DNA of 64,000 bases from Candidatus Methanomethylophilaceae archaeon (lineage in GTDB: Archaea > Thermoplasmatota > Thermoplasmata > Methanomassiliicoccales > Methanomethylophilaceae), in contig JAFUHJ010000120.1 in the NCBI GenBank assembly GCA_017468935.1, positions 4,567 through 68,566 of the forward strand. Direction: 5' to 3'. Shown one piece after another: positions 27,241 to 35,650 of the stretch. Positions within the stretch are counted from its first letter, which is position 1. Each line of letters begins with the position of its first letter. The notes beneath the pieces were generated by a model. It did no database searches. It was not told the origin of the DNA and saw only the letters and a list, made by a program, of their open reading frames with translations. A program made the translations under genes and the position numbers.

Positions 27241-28602
27241 ATGGTCATGGAAGGATTAGGAAAATCCCTCAGGAACGTTCTCGGCCGCATCGGAAAGGCC
27301 TCGGTCATAGACGAGGAACTCGTCAAGGACCTTTGCAAGGACCTACAGCGCGCACTGCTGGAAGCCGATGTCAATGTCAAGCTCGTCCTAGAGGTCACCA
27401 ACAACGTGAAGGATCGTGCGCTCAACGAGCCCCCAGAGGCCGGAAAGAGCATGAAGGATCACGTCTCTAAGATAATCTACGAGGAACTAGTCAGACTCGT
27501 CAACAACGGCGAAGGACTCAAACTGACGCCTCAGACGATCATGATGGTCGGATTGTACGGTCAGGGTAAGACCACGACCACAGGAAAACTCGCGCTCTAC
27601 TTCACCAAGAAGGGATTCTCTGTCGGACTCATCGGGGCTGATGTGTACAGGCCCGCCGCCCTCGAACAACTGAAGCAACTGGGAGAGAAGGTAAATGTCG
27701 AGGTCTACGGAGAACCCGGAGAATCCGATGCAGCAGGCATCGTGAAGAGAGGAAAGGAGCACTTCAAGCACAAGCAGATCGTCATAATCGATACATCCGG
27801 ACGCCATGCTCTGGAGGACGATCTGATCGATGAGATCAAACGCATCGCCGCTGTTGCCAAACCCGAGGAGAGGATCCTGGTCCTTGATTCCCAGGTGGGA
27901 CAGCAGGCCGGACCCCAGGCAGAGGCATTCCACAAGGCCGTCGGCGTGACGGGCGTCATCCTGACCAAGATGGACGGTACCTCGAAGGGAGGAGGAGCAA
28001 TATCCGCCATCCAGAAGACCAACGCCAGGATAGTGTTCCTGGGAACCGGTGAGCACATCCGCGACCTGGAGCCCTTCGATGCGAAGAGATTCATCTCAAG
28101 GCTTCTGGGAATGGGAGACCTCTCCGCACTGATGGAGCTGGCATCCCAGGAGATCGACGATCAGGAAGCGATGGAACAGGTTGCCCGCAACATGATAACG
28201 GGCCGTTTCACCCTCAACGACATGTACTACCAGATGACCGCCATGAGCAAGATGGGTACGCTGGAGAAGATCATGAGCCTCCTGCCCGGAATGAGCGACA
28301 TGAGCGACAAGGTGGATTACGAGGGCACCCAGAAGAAACTGGGAGTGTTCAAGGTCATCATGGATTCGATGACCCCCGAGGAGAAGGAGGAGCCTTCCCT
28401 GATCAAGTCCAAGCGTATCGACAGGATCGCAGCCGGTGCCGGAGTATCAACACACGACGTCAAGGAACTGTTGAAACAGTACTCCAACAGCAAGAAGATG
28501 ATGTCATCCGTCGGTAAGGACCGTAAGATGCGTAAGCAGATCATGAAGCAGATGGGCGGCATCGACATGGATGCGCTCAAGGACCTCCAGGGATCCGAAT
28601 GA
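27241..28602 (+). CDS. srp54: signal recognition particle protein SRP54
   Basis: N domain followed by a GTPase domain (GLYGQGKTTTTGKLA, DTSGR, TKMDG) and a Met-rich M domain. ATG at 27241 chosen; the track start at 27232 is TTG. Confidence 0.95.
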   Translation: MVMEGLGKSLRNVLGRIGKASVIDEELVKDLCKDLQRALLEADVNVKLVLEVTNNVKDRALNEPPEAGKSMKDHVSKIIYEELVRLVNNGEGLKLTPQTIMMVGLYGQGKTTTTGKLALYFTKKGFSVGLIGADVYRPAALEQLKQLGEKVNVEVYGEPGESDAAGIVKRGKEHFKHKQIVIIDTSGRHALEDDLIDEIKRIAAVAKPEERILVLDSQVGQQAGPQAEAFHKAVGVTGVILTKMDGTSKGGGAISAIQKTNARIVFLGTGEHIRDLEPFDAKRFISRLLGMGDLSALMELASQEIDDQEAMEQVARNMITGRFTLNDMYYQMTAMSKMGTLEKIMSLLPGMSDMSDKVDYEGTQKKLGVFKVIMDSMTPEEKEEPSLIKSKRIDRIAAGAGVSTHDVKELLKQYSNSKKMMSSVGKDRKMRKQIMKQMGGIDMDALKDLQGSE

Positions 28603-29192
28603 GATACTTCGTGATTACCGGCCATAAGGCGGTCACGACAGGCGATTTCAAACTGGATGACATTGCAGGCGGAGCCGGCAGGCTGGACATACTGGTAAGA
28701 TGCGTCAACTCCGCATTCTTCCTGAGCCACGATCTCCGCAAGGACGTGGAGATCTATCTGGTGCTCGAAGGAGGCGACGATGCCCCTAAGACCGTGGTAT
28801 TCAAGGGGCAGGAGCTCAGGTATCTTAATCCGGACGAGAGGAGCACCGCATCCCTCATCCGCAACGCCCTTCTGAAAAAGGTCGGCCCGGGCGAGGAGAT
28901 AAGGTCATCACCTGGAGTGTACAACACCAGGATGTCCTTCGAAGATGTACTGGAGAAGCTATCCAAACTGGGCAGTTTCGTTTACCTCAAGGAGGACGGA
29001 GTGGACTGCAGGGATTATGACTTCCCCGAGAACCCCATCTTCGTGTTAGGGGACAACCGCGACCTCAGCGAAGAGGAGGAGCAGCTCCTGATATCATATT
29101 CACCTGACAGGATCTGCATCGGACCCCACAGTCTGCATGCGGACCACTGCATGATCATAGTTCACAACGAGGCCGACCGCAGGTCGGTATGA
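28599..29192 (+). CDS. trmY: tRNA (pseudouridine54-N1)-methyltransferase TrmY (SPOUT, DUF358)
   Basis: MRYFVITGHKAVTTGDFKLDDIAGGAGRLDILVRCVNSAFFLSH closely follows the TrmY N-terminal signature. ATGA overlap with the srp54 stop. Confidence 0.85.
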   Translation: MRYFVITGHKAVTTGDFKLDDIAGGAGRLDILVRCVNSAFFLSHDLRKDVEIYLVLEGGDDAPKTVVFKGQELRYLNPDERSTASLIRNALLKKVGPGEEIRSSPGVYNTRMSFEDVLEKLSKLGSFVYLKEDGVDCRDYDFPENPIFVLGDNRDLSEEEEQLLISYSPDRICIGPHSLHADHCMIIVHNEADRRSV

Positions 29193-29404
29193 GGGATACC
29201 ATGGCAGAGTATACAGAGAAGATTCCGCAGCACAGACACTGTGTGTCCTGCGGCAAGGCATTCGTGGGAGAAGGGAAATTCTGCAGCGAGGAATGCCAGA
29301 GAACGTCAGGGGACGAGGTAAAGAGCAAACTGCGCAAGTACCTGATCCTCGAGGTCATCCTTGTGGGCGTCGTGGTCGTCGCCCTCTGGTTAGGTTGGAA
29401 ATGA
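29189..29404 (+). CDS. small zinc-ribbon protein with C-terminal TM helix (DUF2116-like)
   Basis: HCVSCGKAF..GKFCSEECQ followed by LILEVILVGVVVVALWLGW. ATGA overlaps on both sides indicate translational coupling. Confidence 0.6.
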   Translation: MRDTMAEYTEKIPQHRHCVSCGKAFVGEGKFCSEECQRTSGDEVKSKLRKYLILEVILVGVVVVALWLGWK

Positions 29405-30345
29405 TATCGGCAGTGGCTGGGACCTTCAATATCCTCCATGATGGGCACAGGGCCCTTCTGGACAGGGCATTCGAAGTTGGAGAGCAGGTGTACATAGGCC
29501 TGACATCGGACAGGATGGCCAGCGAGAACAGGTCAAACACCGTGAGCTTCGAGGTAAGGAAGAAGGCATTGGAGAACTACCTGCGCTCCAGGGATAATTT
29601 CACCATCTTCGAGATCGATGACATCTACGGGCCCAACGAGATCATGGACACCGTGGACATCCTCGTTGTCTCCGAGGAGACGCTGGACAACGGGATGAAG
29701 GTCAATGAGTACAGGATCAGGCGCGGACTGAATCCTCTTGATATATCAGTCGTCCCGCTCGTCATGTCCGACGACGGGAAGAAGATCAGCGCATCATCGA
29801 TACTGGAAGGACGGTACGGACGCTCCGGTAGGGAGGATGTCATGGATATCGCTGTCGGATCGACCAACCCTGTGAAGATAGCCGCAGTCCGTGCCGTGAT
29901 GGAAAGGATATACGGCGATGTGAAGGTGGTCGGAGTGGATGTCCCCAGCGGGGTACCCCCGCAGCCACATGAGGAACAGACGCATCAGGGCTCGGTGAAC
30001 CGCGCAAAGGCGGCCCTCGGGGCCCATGATATGGCCGTCGGTATCGAAGCAGGCGTCTTCGAAATGCTCGACGGGCTGTACGATATCCAGCACTGCACAG
30101 TTATCTCCAAGGACGGCCGGATGACTTACGGTCAGGGATCCGGATTCAGATATCCCGACTCGATAGCGGACCTCGTAAGGAAGGGTGCGACCGTTGGGGA
30201 TGCCGTCAAACAGATCTACGGCAACACCGAGATCGGGAAGAAACAGGGGGCCATCGGTCTCCTCAGCAACGGACTGCTTGATCGCCAGAGCCTCACGGAA
30301 CAGTCTGTCATGGCGGCGATGATACCGCGTCTCAGAGGTGATTGA
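29401..30345 (+). CDS. fusion: archaeal phosphopantetheine adenylyltransferase (N) + inosine/xanthosine triphosphatase-like NTPase, YjjX/DUF84 family (C)
   Basis: N-terminal AVAGTFNILHDGHRALLDRAF (T/HxGH nucleotidyltransferase). C-terminal IAVGSTNPVKIAAV...VPSGVPPQPHEEQTHQGSVNRA matches the YjjX signature. Confidence 0.8.
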   Translation: MISAVAGTFNILHDGHRALLDRAFEVGEQVYIGLTSDRMASENRSNTVSFEVRKKALENYLRSRDNFTIFEIDDIYGPNEIMDTVDILVVSEETLDNGMKVNEYRIRRGLNPLDISVVPLVMSDDGKKISASSILEGRYGRSGREDVMDIAVGSTNPVKIAAVRAVMERIYGDVKVVGVDVPSGVPPQPHEEQTHQGSVNRAKAALGAHDMAVGIEAGVFEMLDGLYDIQHCTVISKDGRMTYGQGSGFRYPDSIADLVRKGATVGDAVKQIYGNTEIGKKQGAIGLLSNGLLDRQSLTEQSVMAAMIPRLRGD

Positions 30346-31194
30346 ATGTTCCTGAGAGAAAGGATAAAGGATGATTCGAAGTATCTGAACGACAGGTCCA
30401 GCCTGAAAGGCCATGCCAAGAATGTCATCCTTCCCAATGATGAGACCGAACTACGCGAAGGTATCCGCTATTCCAGCAAAGGGAACACGAAGGTCACCAT
30501 CTCGGGAAGCCGTATGGGCGACCAGGGAGGTGCGGTCCCCTGCGGAGGGGACATTATGTCCATGGAGCATCTCACCGGGGTCATCGGTGCAGGAAAGGAC
30601 GATAAGGGCGTCTACCTCAGGGTCCTTCCATACACGACAGTGTCCTTCTTCAACAATTCGATCAAGAGCGGACGCATACAGAGCATCGACGGATCGGATG
30701 TTTCTCTGGACGGCCTGGTGTTCCCGGTCAAAGCACAGCTCGAGAACACGGTTGGGGGCTGCATCGCGGTGAACCGCTACGGCATCCGCCCCTATGTAAG
30801 AAGACTCAGGGTCGTATTCTCGGACAGTACATTCATGTCGATGGAAAGGGGCGAGTACCTTGCGAACGGCAGGAAGATGACATTCCCTGCCGGAAGGAAC
30901 TTCTTCGCATTCGACCTCCCCTCTTACGACTCCAAGGACGATTCCGGCCCGAAGATCTCCGAGAACATGGATCTCCTTGACCTGTTCATCGGATCCGAAG
31001 GAATATTCGGCATAATAATCGAGGCGGATATCTATCTCAGTGCCACCGTATCCGATTCACAGACGGAAGAATCCGGGAAGATGAGGAATTCCCTCATCAA
31101 GGACAAGTACGGACAGGAAGCCGTTGAGGACCTGAAAAAGATCAAGTCCATCCTCGATCCGAACTACATCCTGAATATCGGCAACATGTTCTGA
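30346..31194 (+). CDS. short FAD-binding PCMH-type (GlcD-like) oxidase-domain protein
   Basis: N-terminal FAD_binding_4-like region (VILPNDETELREGIRY..KVTISGSRMG, FIGSEGIFGIIIEADIYL) joins directly to the family's extreme C-terminal motif (LKKIKSILDPNYILNIGN). The cap/substrate domain appears to be absent. Confidence 0.55.
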   Translation: MFLRERIKDDSKYLNDRSSLKGHAKNVILPNDETELREGIRYSSKGNTKVTISGSRMGDQGGAVPCGGDIMSMEHLTGVIGAGKDDKGVYLRVLPYTTVSFFNNSIKSGRIQSIDGSDVSLDGLVFPVKAQLENTVGGCIAVNRYGIRPYVRRLRVVFSDSTFMSMERGEYLANGRKMTFPAGRNFFAFDLPSYDSKDDSGPKISENMDLLDLFIGSEGIFGIIIEADIYLSATVSDSQTEESGKMRNSLIKDKYGQEAVEDLKKIKSILDPNYILNIGNMF

Positions 31195-31232
31195 GTCGGT
31201 TTTTATATACGCCTAAAATATACACTAATTTG

Positions 31233-31889
31233 ATGACTTCTGATAGCCGCGAAGACTACCTAATCAGCATCCTGAGACTCAGCGACGGAGAAAAGAACGT
31301 AAAGACGACCGAACTAGCTGAGTTCATGAATGTCTCACCCGCCAGTGTCACTGAGATGACAAAGACATTGGCTGCCGAGGGGCTCGTTATCTATGAGAGG
31401 TACAGAGGCATCAGGCTTTCCGAGGAGGGTATGTCGATCGCACGTCAGCTCCGTAAGAAGCACCACGTCATCGAACATCTTTTGGTCGACTGTCTCGGAA
31501 TGGACCATCAGGACGCCCATGAGGAGGCCCATAAGATCGAGCACTCCATATCCGATGATACCAGCATCAGGATCTGCAACATGGTCGGGAACCCTGTTGA
31601 CGAGGACTGTGCTTATTGCTCCGACCCTTGCAAGCGCTATAACCAGGGCTCCATGAACATAGTTCAGCTCAACACCATGGCCAAGAACAAGGGTGGTATC
31701 ATCGCCTACATCAAATCTGACAGTAGCGATGACATCCGCAAACTGAACTCCATCGGATTCGTACCCGGCAGAGAGGTCAAGATCGAATCCATTCTCATGG
31801 ATGGCGGTGACAGGATCATCAAGATCGGCGACAACATGATCGCACTCAGCTACGATCTAGCCTCCACAGTGTTCGTGGATGTGTCCTGA
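31233..31889 (+). CDS. DtxR/MntR-family metal-dependent transcriptional regulator with C-terminal FeoA/SH3-like domain
   Basis: EDYLISILRL...ELAEFMNVSPASVTEMTKTLAAEGLV (wHTH), HHVIEHLL..HEEAHKIEH (metal site helices), and a C-terminal FeoA-like GREVKIESI..IKIGDNMIALS. Confidence 0.9.
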   Translation: MTSDSREDYLISILRLSDGEKNVKTTELAEFMNVSPASVTEMTKTLAAEGLVIYERYRGIRLSEEGMSIARQLRKKHHVIEHLLVDCLGMDHQDAHEEAHKIEHSISDDTSIRICNMVGNPVDEDCAYCSDPCKRYNQGSMNIVQLNTMAKNKGGIIAYIKSDSSDDIRKLNSIGFVPGREVKIESILMDGGDRIIKIGDNMIALSYDLASTVFVDVS

Positions 31890-31944
31890 TATAGATCGGG
31901 GCCTTGCAGCAACTGTCCGGATTATCGGATTATCCTAGTACCGA

Positions 31945-33624
31945 TCAGCGGTGAGCGAAGATCATAGATACGGATTTGTCGTCCTTCTTCTCCACCCTGA
32001 CGAATCCTATCCTCTCGAGCTGGACCATATCGTTGGTCTCGGCCTTTATCGAAGGCTCTATCTTACCGGAGACCACGGACCCGTCAGGCATGACGAGCGT
32101 CGCGTCCATTGCATCGGATCCGACCCACTGGACCGCACGGACACCTTTCTTGAGGATCGAGACATCATTCCCGATGTACTTGGCAGGCTTTCCGTATTCC
32201 AGGTTGCACAGGTCCTTGAGCCTGATCTTCCCGTCGTTCTCGAAAAGTTTGGAATCCTCGTCCGCCAGGAACACTGTCCTGGGGGCCTCGAGCTTGAACT
32301 TCCTGTCCCCTCTCTCGGGATGATCCGGGTGTTTGGGTGCGGCACCCTCGATGACATCGACCCCATCGATATCGTATGAGACAGGGTTCCCGACACAGAA
32401 GTACCTGTTGGCATCGGTATCGATGATGTCCCTGTTCATTCCGTAGAGGTTCTGCCAAGAGAACTCGATGTCCACAGGTTTGATACCTGACTCGACCCAG
32501 TATCTCCTGATAGCAGCAGGCCTGATTCCGCGCCTCTTCATCGCCCTGACAGTTCCGGTCCTGACATCGTCCCATCCTGTGTACTCCCCGTCCTTGATAC
32601 TCTGCTTGATGATCGAGGTCTTGAGGACCGTGTCGGGGATGTTAACGAGACCGTAGTGGTAGTACTCGGGCTTCTTCCATCCGAAGTAGTCGAAGATGTA
32701 TTCCTGCCTGAATGTGTTGTTCAGATGATCCTTTCCCCTGATGACATGGGTCATTCCCATCTCATGGTCGTCGATTGCGACCGAGAGATTCATCATGGGG
32801 TATGCGATGTACTTCTCACCGGTCCTGGGGTGAGGTGTCCTTACGAGCCTGAGTGCTACGAAGTCCCTGACAGCAGGATTCGGGTGACAGATATCCGTCT
32901 TGACGACGACGACCGCCTCCCCATCCTGATAGTCCCCGGCGAGGAACTTGTCGTACCTGTCGAGCTGTGTCTCGACGGGAAGGTCGTGACAGGGACATTT
33001 CTGCTTGTTCTCCTTGAGTTTCCTCCAATCGTCACCGTTGCATGTGCAGACGTATGCATGGCCCATCTCCAGGAGTTTCCTGGTATAATCGTAGTACATC
33101 TCGAACCTGTCCGACTGGATGTATGTCCTGTTGCATTTGACTCCGAGCCAATCGAGATCCTCCGGGATCATATCATATGCGTCGGGATCTATCTTCTCAG
33201 GGTTCGTGTCCTCGAACCTGAGGATGAGGTCTCCGCCGTATCTCTTGACGTATTCGTCGTTGAGGATGGATACACGGGTGTGACCGATATGGAGAGGTCC
33301 GGATGGTCCGGGCGCGATACGCATGACGACCTTGCCGTTGACATTCTCGAGGTCCGGAAGCTCGTACTTCCTCTCCTTCTTCTCCTTCACGAGCAGCGAG
33401 GAATCTATCTCCTCGAGGGCCTTCGTCTGCGCCTCGAGACCCATAGCGTTGACCTCTTCAACGATCTGATTGATCAATGGGGTGATCTCTGCCGCTTTCG
33501 GTCTGAGGTCCGGACAGCTGCCAAGTATCTTACCAACAACTGCTTTCGGATTGGCTGTACCCTTGAAGAACACTGCGTTCTGCAATGCGAATTTTCTGAT
33601 CGTCTGCTCGATCTCGTCGGACAT
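31945..33624 (-). CDS. gltX: glutamate--tRNA ligase (archaeal type)
   Basis: RIAPGPSGPLHIGHTRV (HIGH) and VLKTSIIK (KMSKS-like). 559 aa, archaeal/eukaryal GluRS architecture. Confidence 0.93.
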   Translation of the reverse strand: MSDEIEQTIRKFALQNAVFFKGTANPKAVVGKILGSCPDLRPKAAEITPLINQIVEEVNAMGLEAQTKALEEIDSSLLVKEKKERKYELPDLENVNGKVVMRIAPGPSGPLHIGHTRVSILNDEYVKRYGGDLILRFEDTNPEKIDPDAYDMIPEDLDWLGVKCNRTYIQSDRFEMYYDYTRKLLEMGHAYVCTCNGDDWRKLKENKQKCPCHDLPVETQLDRYDKFLAGDYQDGEAVVVVKTDICHPNPAVRDFVALRLVRTPHPRTGEKYIAYPMMNLSVAIDDHEMGMTHVIRGKDHLNNTFRQEYIFDYFGWKKPEYYHYGLVNIPDTVLKTSIIKQSIKDGEYTGWDDVRTGTVRAMKRRGIRPAAIRRYWVESGIKPVDIEFSWQNLYGMNRDIIDTDANRYFCVGNPVSYDIDGVDVIEGAAPKHPDHPERGDRKFKLEAPRTVFLADEDSKLFENDGKIRLKDLCNLEYGKPAKYIGNDVSILKKGVRAVQWVGSDAMDATLVMPDGSVVSGKIEPSIKAETNDMVQLERIGFVRVEKKDDKSVSMIFAHR

Positions 33625-33724
33625 AGGTGTTCCGAATCTGTAAGCAGTATTTATGGGATTATGCGCGCATGCGCATGGATTGTATCGAAAAGGAAGGGAA
33701 GGTCCCCCAAGGGACCGTTTTTGA

Positions 33725-34153
33725 TCAGAAGCAAATGGTAGAGATCCACTCGGATTCCTTGGCCGATACTATCGAGTCGACGCTGGCGAAGCAGATCAGC
33801 ATCATGACGATGTCGTCCCTTACATACTCCGGGAGCATAGAGAATGCTACCTCTGCGATCTTGGTGTCCGCTCCTTCCTTCGCGAACTGTCCCAGCCTCT
33901 GTGTGAACTCTTCAGGATCGAAGGGAGCCCCATGACGGTGGATCGCAAGTCCCTGGATGACCGCATACTCGGAGATGTCCAGTTTTCCGTCCAATACCGC
34001 TGTCTTGCAGATGAATGTCTCCACGAGCTCCCATATCATGGGGAATGCCCTACTGTAACCATCCATCGTCTGGACCTTGGCCAGGAAGAATCCTCCGCGG
34101 TCCGAGGGATCAATCGATACGTACTCTTTAAGCAAATCTTCGAATTTAGACAT
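33725..34153 (-). CDS. hypothetical protein (possibly TerB-like helical domain)
   Basis: 142 aa, helical. LDGKLDISEYAVIQGL and C-terminal ASVDSIVSAKESEWI resemble TerB/DjlA_N-type motifs. Weak call. Confidence 0.35.
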   Translation of the reverse strand: MSKFEDLLKEYVSIDPSDRGGFFLAKVQTMDGYSRAFPMIWELVETFICKTAVLDGKLDISEYAVIQGLAIHRHGAPFDPEEFTQRLGQFAKEGADTKIAEVAFSMLPEYVRDDIVMMLICFASVDSIVSAKESEWISTICF

Positions 34154-34276
34154 AAAGAATGAATTTCATTCCAAGTATATAATGGAGAATACATCCAACT
34201 CATTTTGGAGTTATTGGATGATATTCGACAGAAAACGTACTCTACATTATTATTTCAAAAACACATCCCGGACCCT

Positions 34277-35590
34277 ATGTCAGTAAAGGATTCGCTCTTC
34301 GGCGAAATCGTCACAATCAATTCTCACATCGAATCGGATGCCAAGGATGTGTCCGCAGAGCTTATGAAGGATCAGAGCAAGACTGTGGTCTTCGAGGATC
34401 TGAACGGAGGAAAGGCAGCCGGAAACATTTTCTCCACAAGGGAGAAGATTGCCAAGGCGCTCAACATACCGAAAGAGGACATTGTCAACCACCTACTTGA
34501 TGCCATCAACTCCCCCAAGGAGTACGAGATCGTGGAGAAACCGGCATTCCGTCAATGCTCCCAGGATGTTGACCTTATGAAGCTCCCCATCCCGAAATAC
34601 TTCCCCGAGGACGGAGGACGTTACATCACATCGGGAGTCATCATCGCGGATTACAACGGAAAGAAGAACGTATCCTTCCACCGCATGATGATCATGGATT
34701 CCAAGCATATCGCAGTCAGACTCGTTCCTAGACATCTGTTCACCATCTTCAACATGGCAAAGGAGAAGGGCGAGGAACTGAACATCTCCATATGCATCGG
34801 AGCGCAAGCCGAAGTACTTCTGGCCGCGGCCACGTCGATGGATTTCGGCGCTGACGAGTTGGAAGTGGCATCGGCCATGTCCATCAAAGGACACGGACAC
34901 CCTCTCAGGATCGGAAAATGCGACAACGGCATCAATGTCCCCGCGGATACCGATTATGTACTGGAGGGAAGGATCACCCTCAAGGAGACCACGGAGGGAC
35001 CCTTCGTCGACATCACTGGAACATACGACTTCGAGAGACAGCAACCCGTGATCGAGATCGACAAGATCTGGACCTGCAAGGACCCTGTTTTCCACCTGCT
35101 CCTCCCCGGAGGATACGAGCACTTCATGCTCATGGGACTTCCGAGGGAGCCCATGATACTCAAGACCGTCAGGCAGGCGGTCCCCAGGGTGAAGAACGTC
35201 CGCCTCACGGAAGGCGGATGCTGCTGGCTCAACGGCGTCGTGTCCATAAAGAAGAACAAGGAAGGGGACGGGGTCAATGCCATAATGGCCGCGTTCACCG
35301 GACATCCCTCCATGAAGAACGTGATAATCGTCGATGACGACATAGATATATTCAACGACCGCGAGGTGGAATGGGCCGTCGCCACAAGGATGCAGGCGGA
35401 CAGGATCATAAAGATCCCGGGTGCTGCGGGCTCCTCGCTCGACCCTAGCTCACATGGCAAGACCACATGGAAGGTCGGATACGATGCCACCATCCCTGTC
35501 GATGCTGACAGGTCACTTTACGAGAAAGCAAGGCTGCGATCGCGAAAACCCTTCGTTCTGCAGACCTTAGAAAATCGGCAACGTATCTAA
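34277..35590 (+). CDS. UbiD-family decarboxylase (candidate anhydromevalonate-phosphate decarboxylase of the archaeal mevalonate pathway)
   Basis: PEDGGRYITSGVIIA, VSFHRMMI and EGPFVDITGTYD are UbiD prFMN-enzyme motifs. ATG at 34277 chosen downstream of TATA-like TATATAAT. The specific function is inferred. Confidence 0.8.
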   Translation: MSVKDSLFGEIVTINSHIESDAKDVSAELMKDQSKTVVFEDLNGGKAAGNIFSTREKIAKALNIPKEDIVNHLLDAINSPKEYEIVEKPAFRQCSQDVDLMKLPIPKYFPEDGGRYITSGVIIADYNGKKNVSFHRMMIMDSKHIAVRLVPRHLFTIFNMAKEKGEELNISICIGAQAEVLLAAATSMDFGADELEVASAMSIKGHGHPLRIGKCDNGINVPADTDYVLEGRITLKETTEGPFVDITGTYDFERQQPVIEIDKIWTCKDPVFHLLLPGGYEHFMLMGLPREPMILKTVRQAVPRVKNVRLTEGGCCWLNGVVSIKKNKEGDGVNAIMAAFTGHPSMKNVIIVDDDIDIFNDREVEWAVATRMQADRIIKIPGAAGSSLDPSSHGKTTWKVGYDATIPVDADRSLYEKARLRSRKPFVLQTLENRQRI

Positions 35591-35650
35591 TATTCACACT
35601 TGTACTCACTCCTGCGGACCGTGAAAACGGCCCGCATAGGGTGATGCAAA

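Noticed and set aside
27114-27470. 112-aa minus ORF and 100-aa plus ORF at the 5' end of srp54.
   Set aside because: They overlap the SRP54 N-domain coding region or the AT-rich spacer, and their S/T/R-rich translations show no motifs. They are shadows.
31195-31232. Possible autoregulatory DtxR box upstream of the DtxR-family gene (TTTTATATACGCCTAAAATATACACTAATTTG).
   Set aside because: Only a single CCTAA half-site is present next to the TATA, with no matching TTAGG partner at the 4-nt spacing seen in the feo boxes. This is too weak to call.
32656-33741. 361-aa plus-strand ORF opposite gltX. Similar long antisense ORFs lie opposite fhs (54028-55119), the 24489-26213 gene (24801-25838), ribB (15812-16525), pheT (18226-18984), hmgA, the Sel1 genes and feoB.
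   Set aside because: Each lies fully inside a gene with strong family signatures on the other strand. The translations are V/D/L/R-rich with no motifs. These are typical GC-rich antisense shadows.
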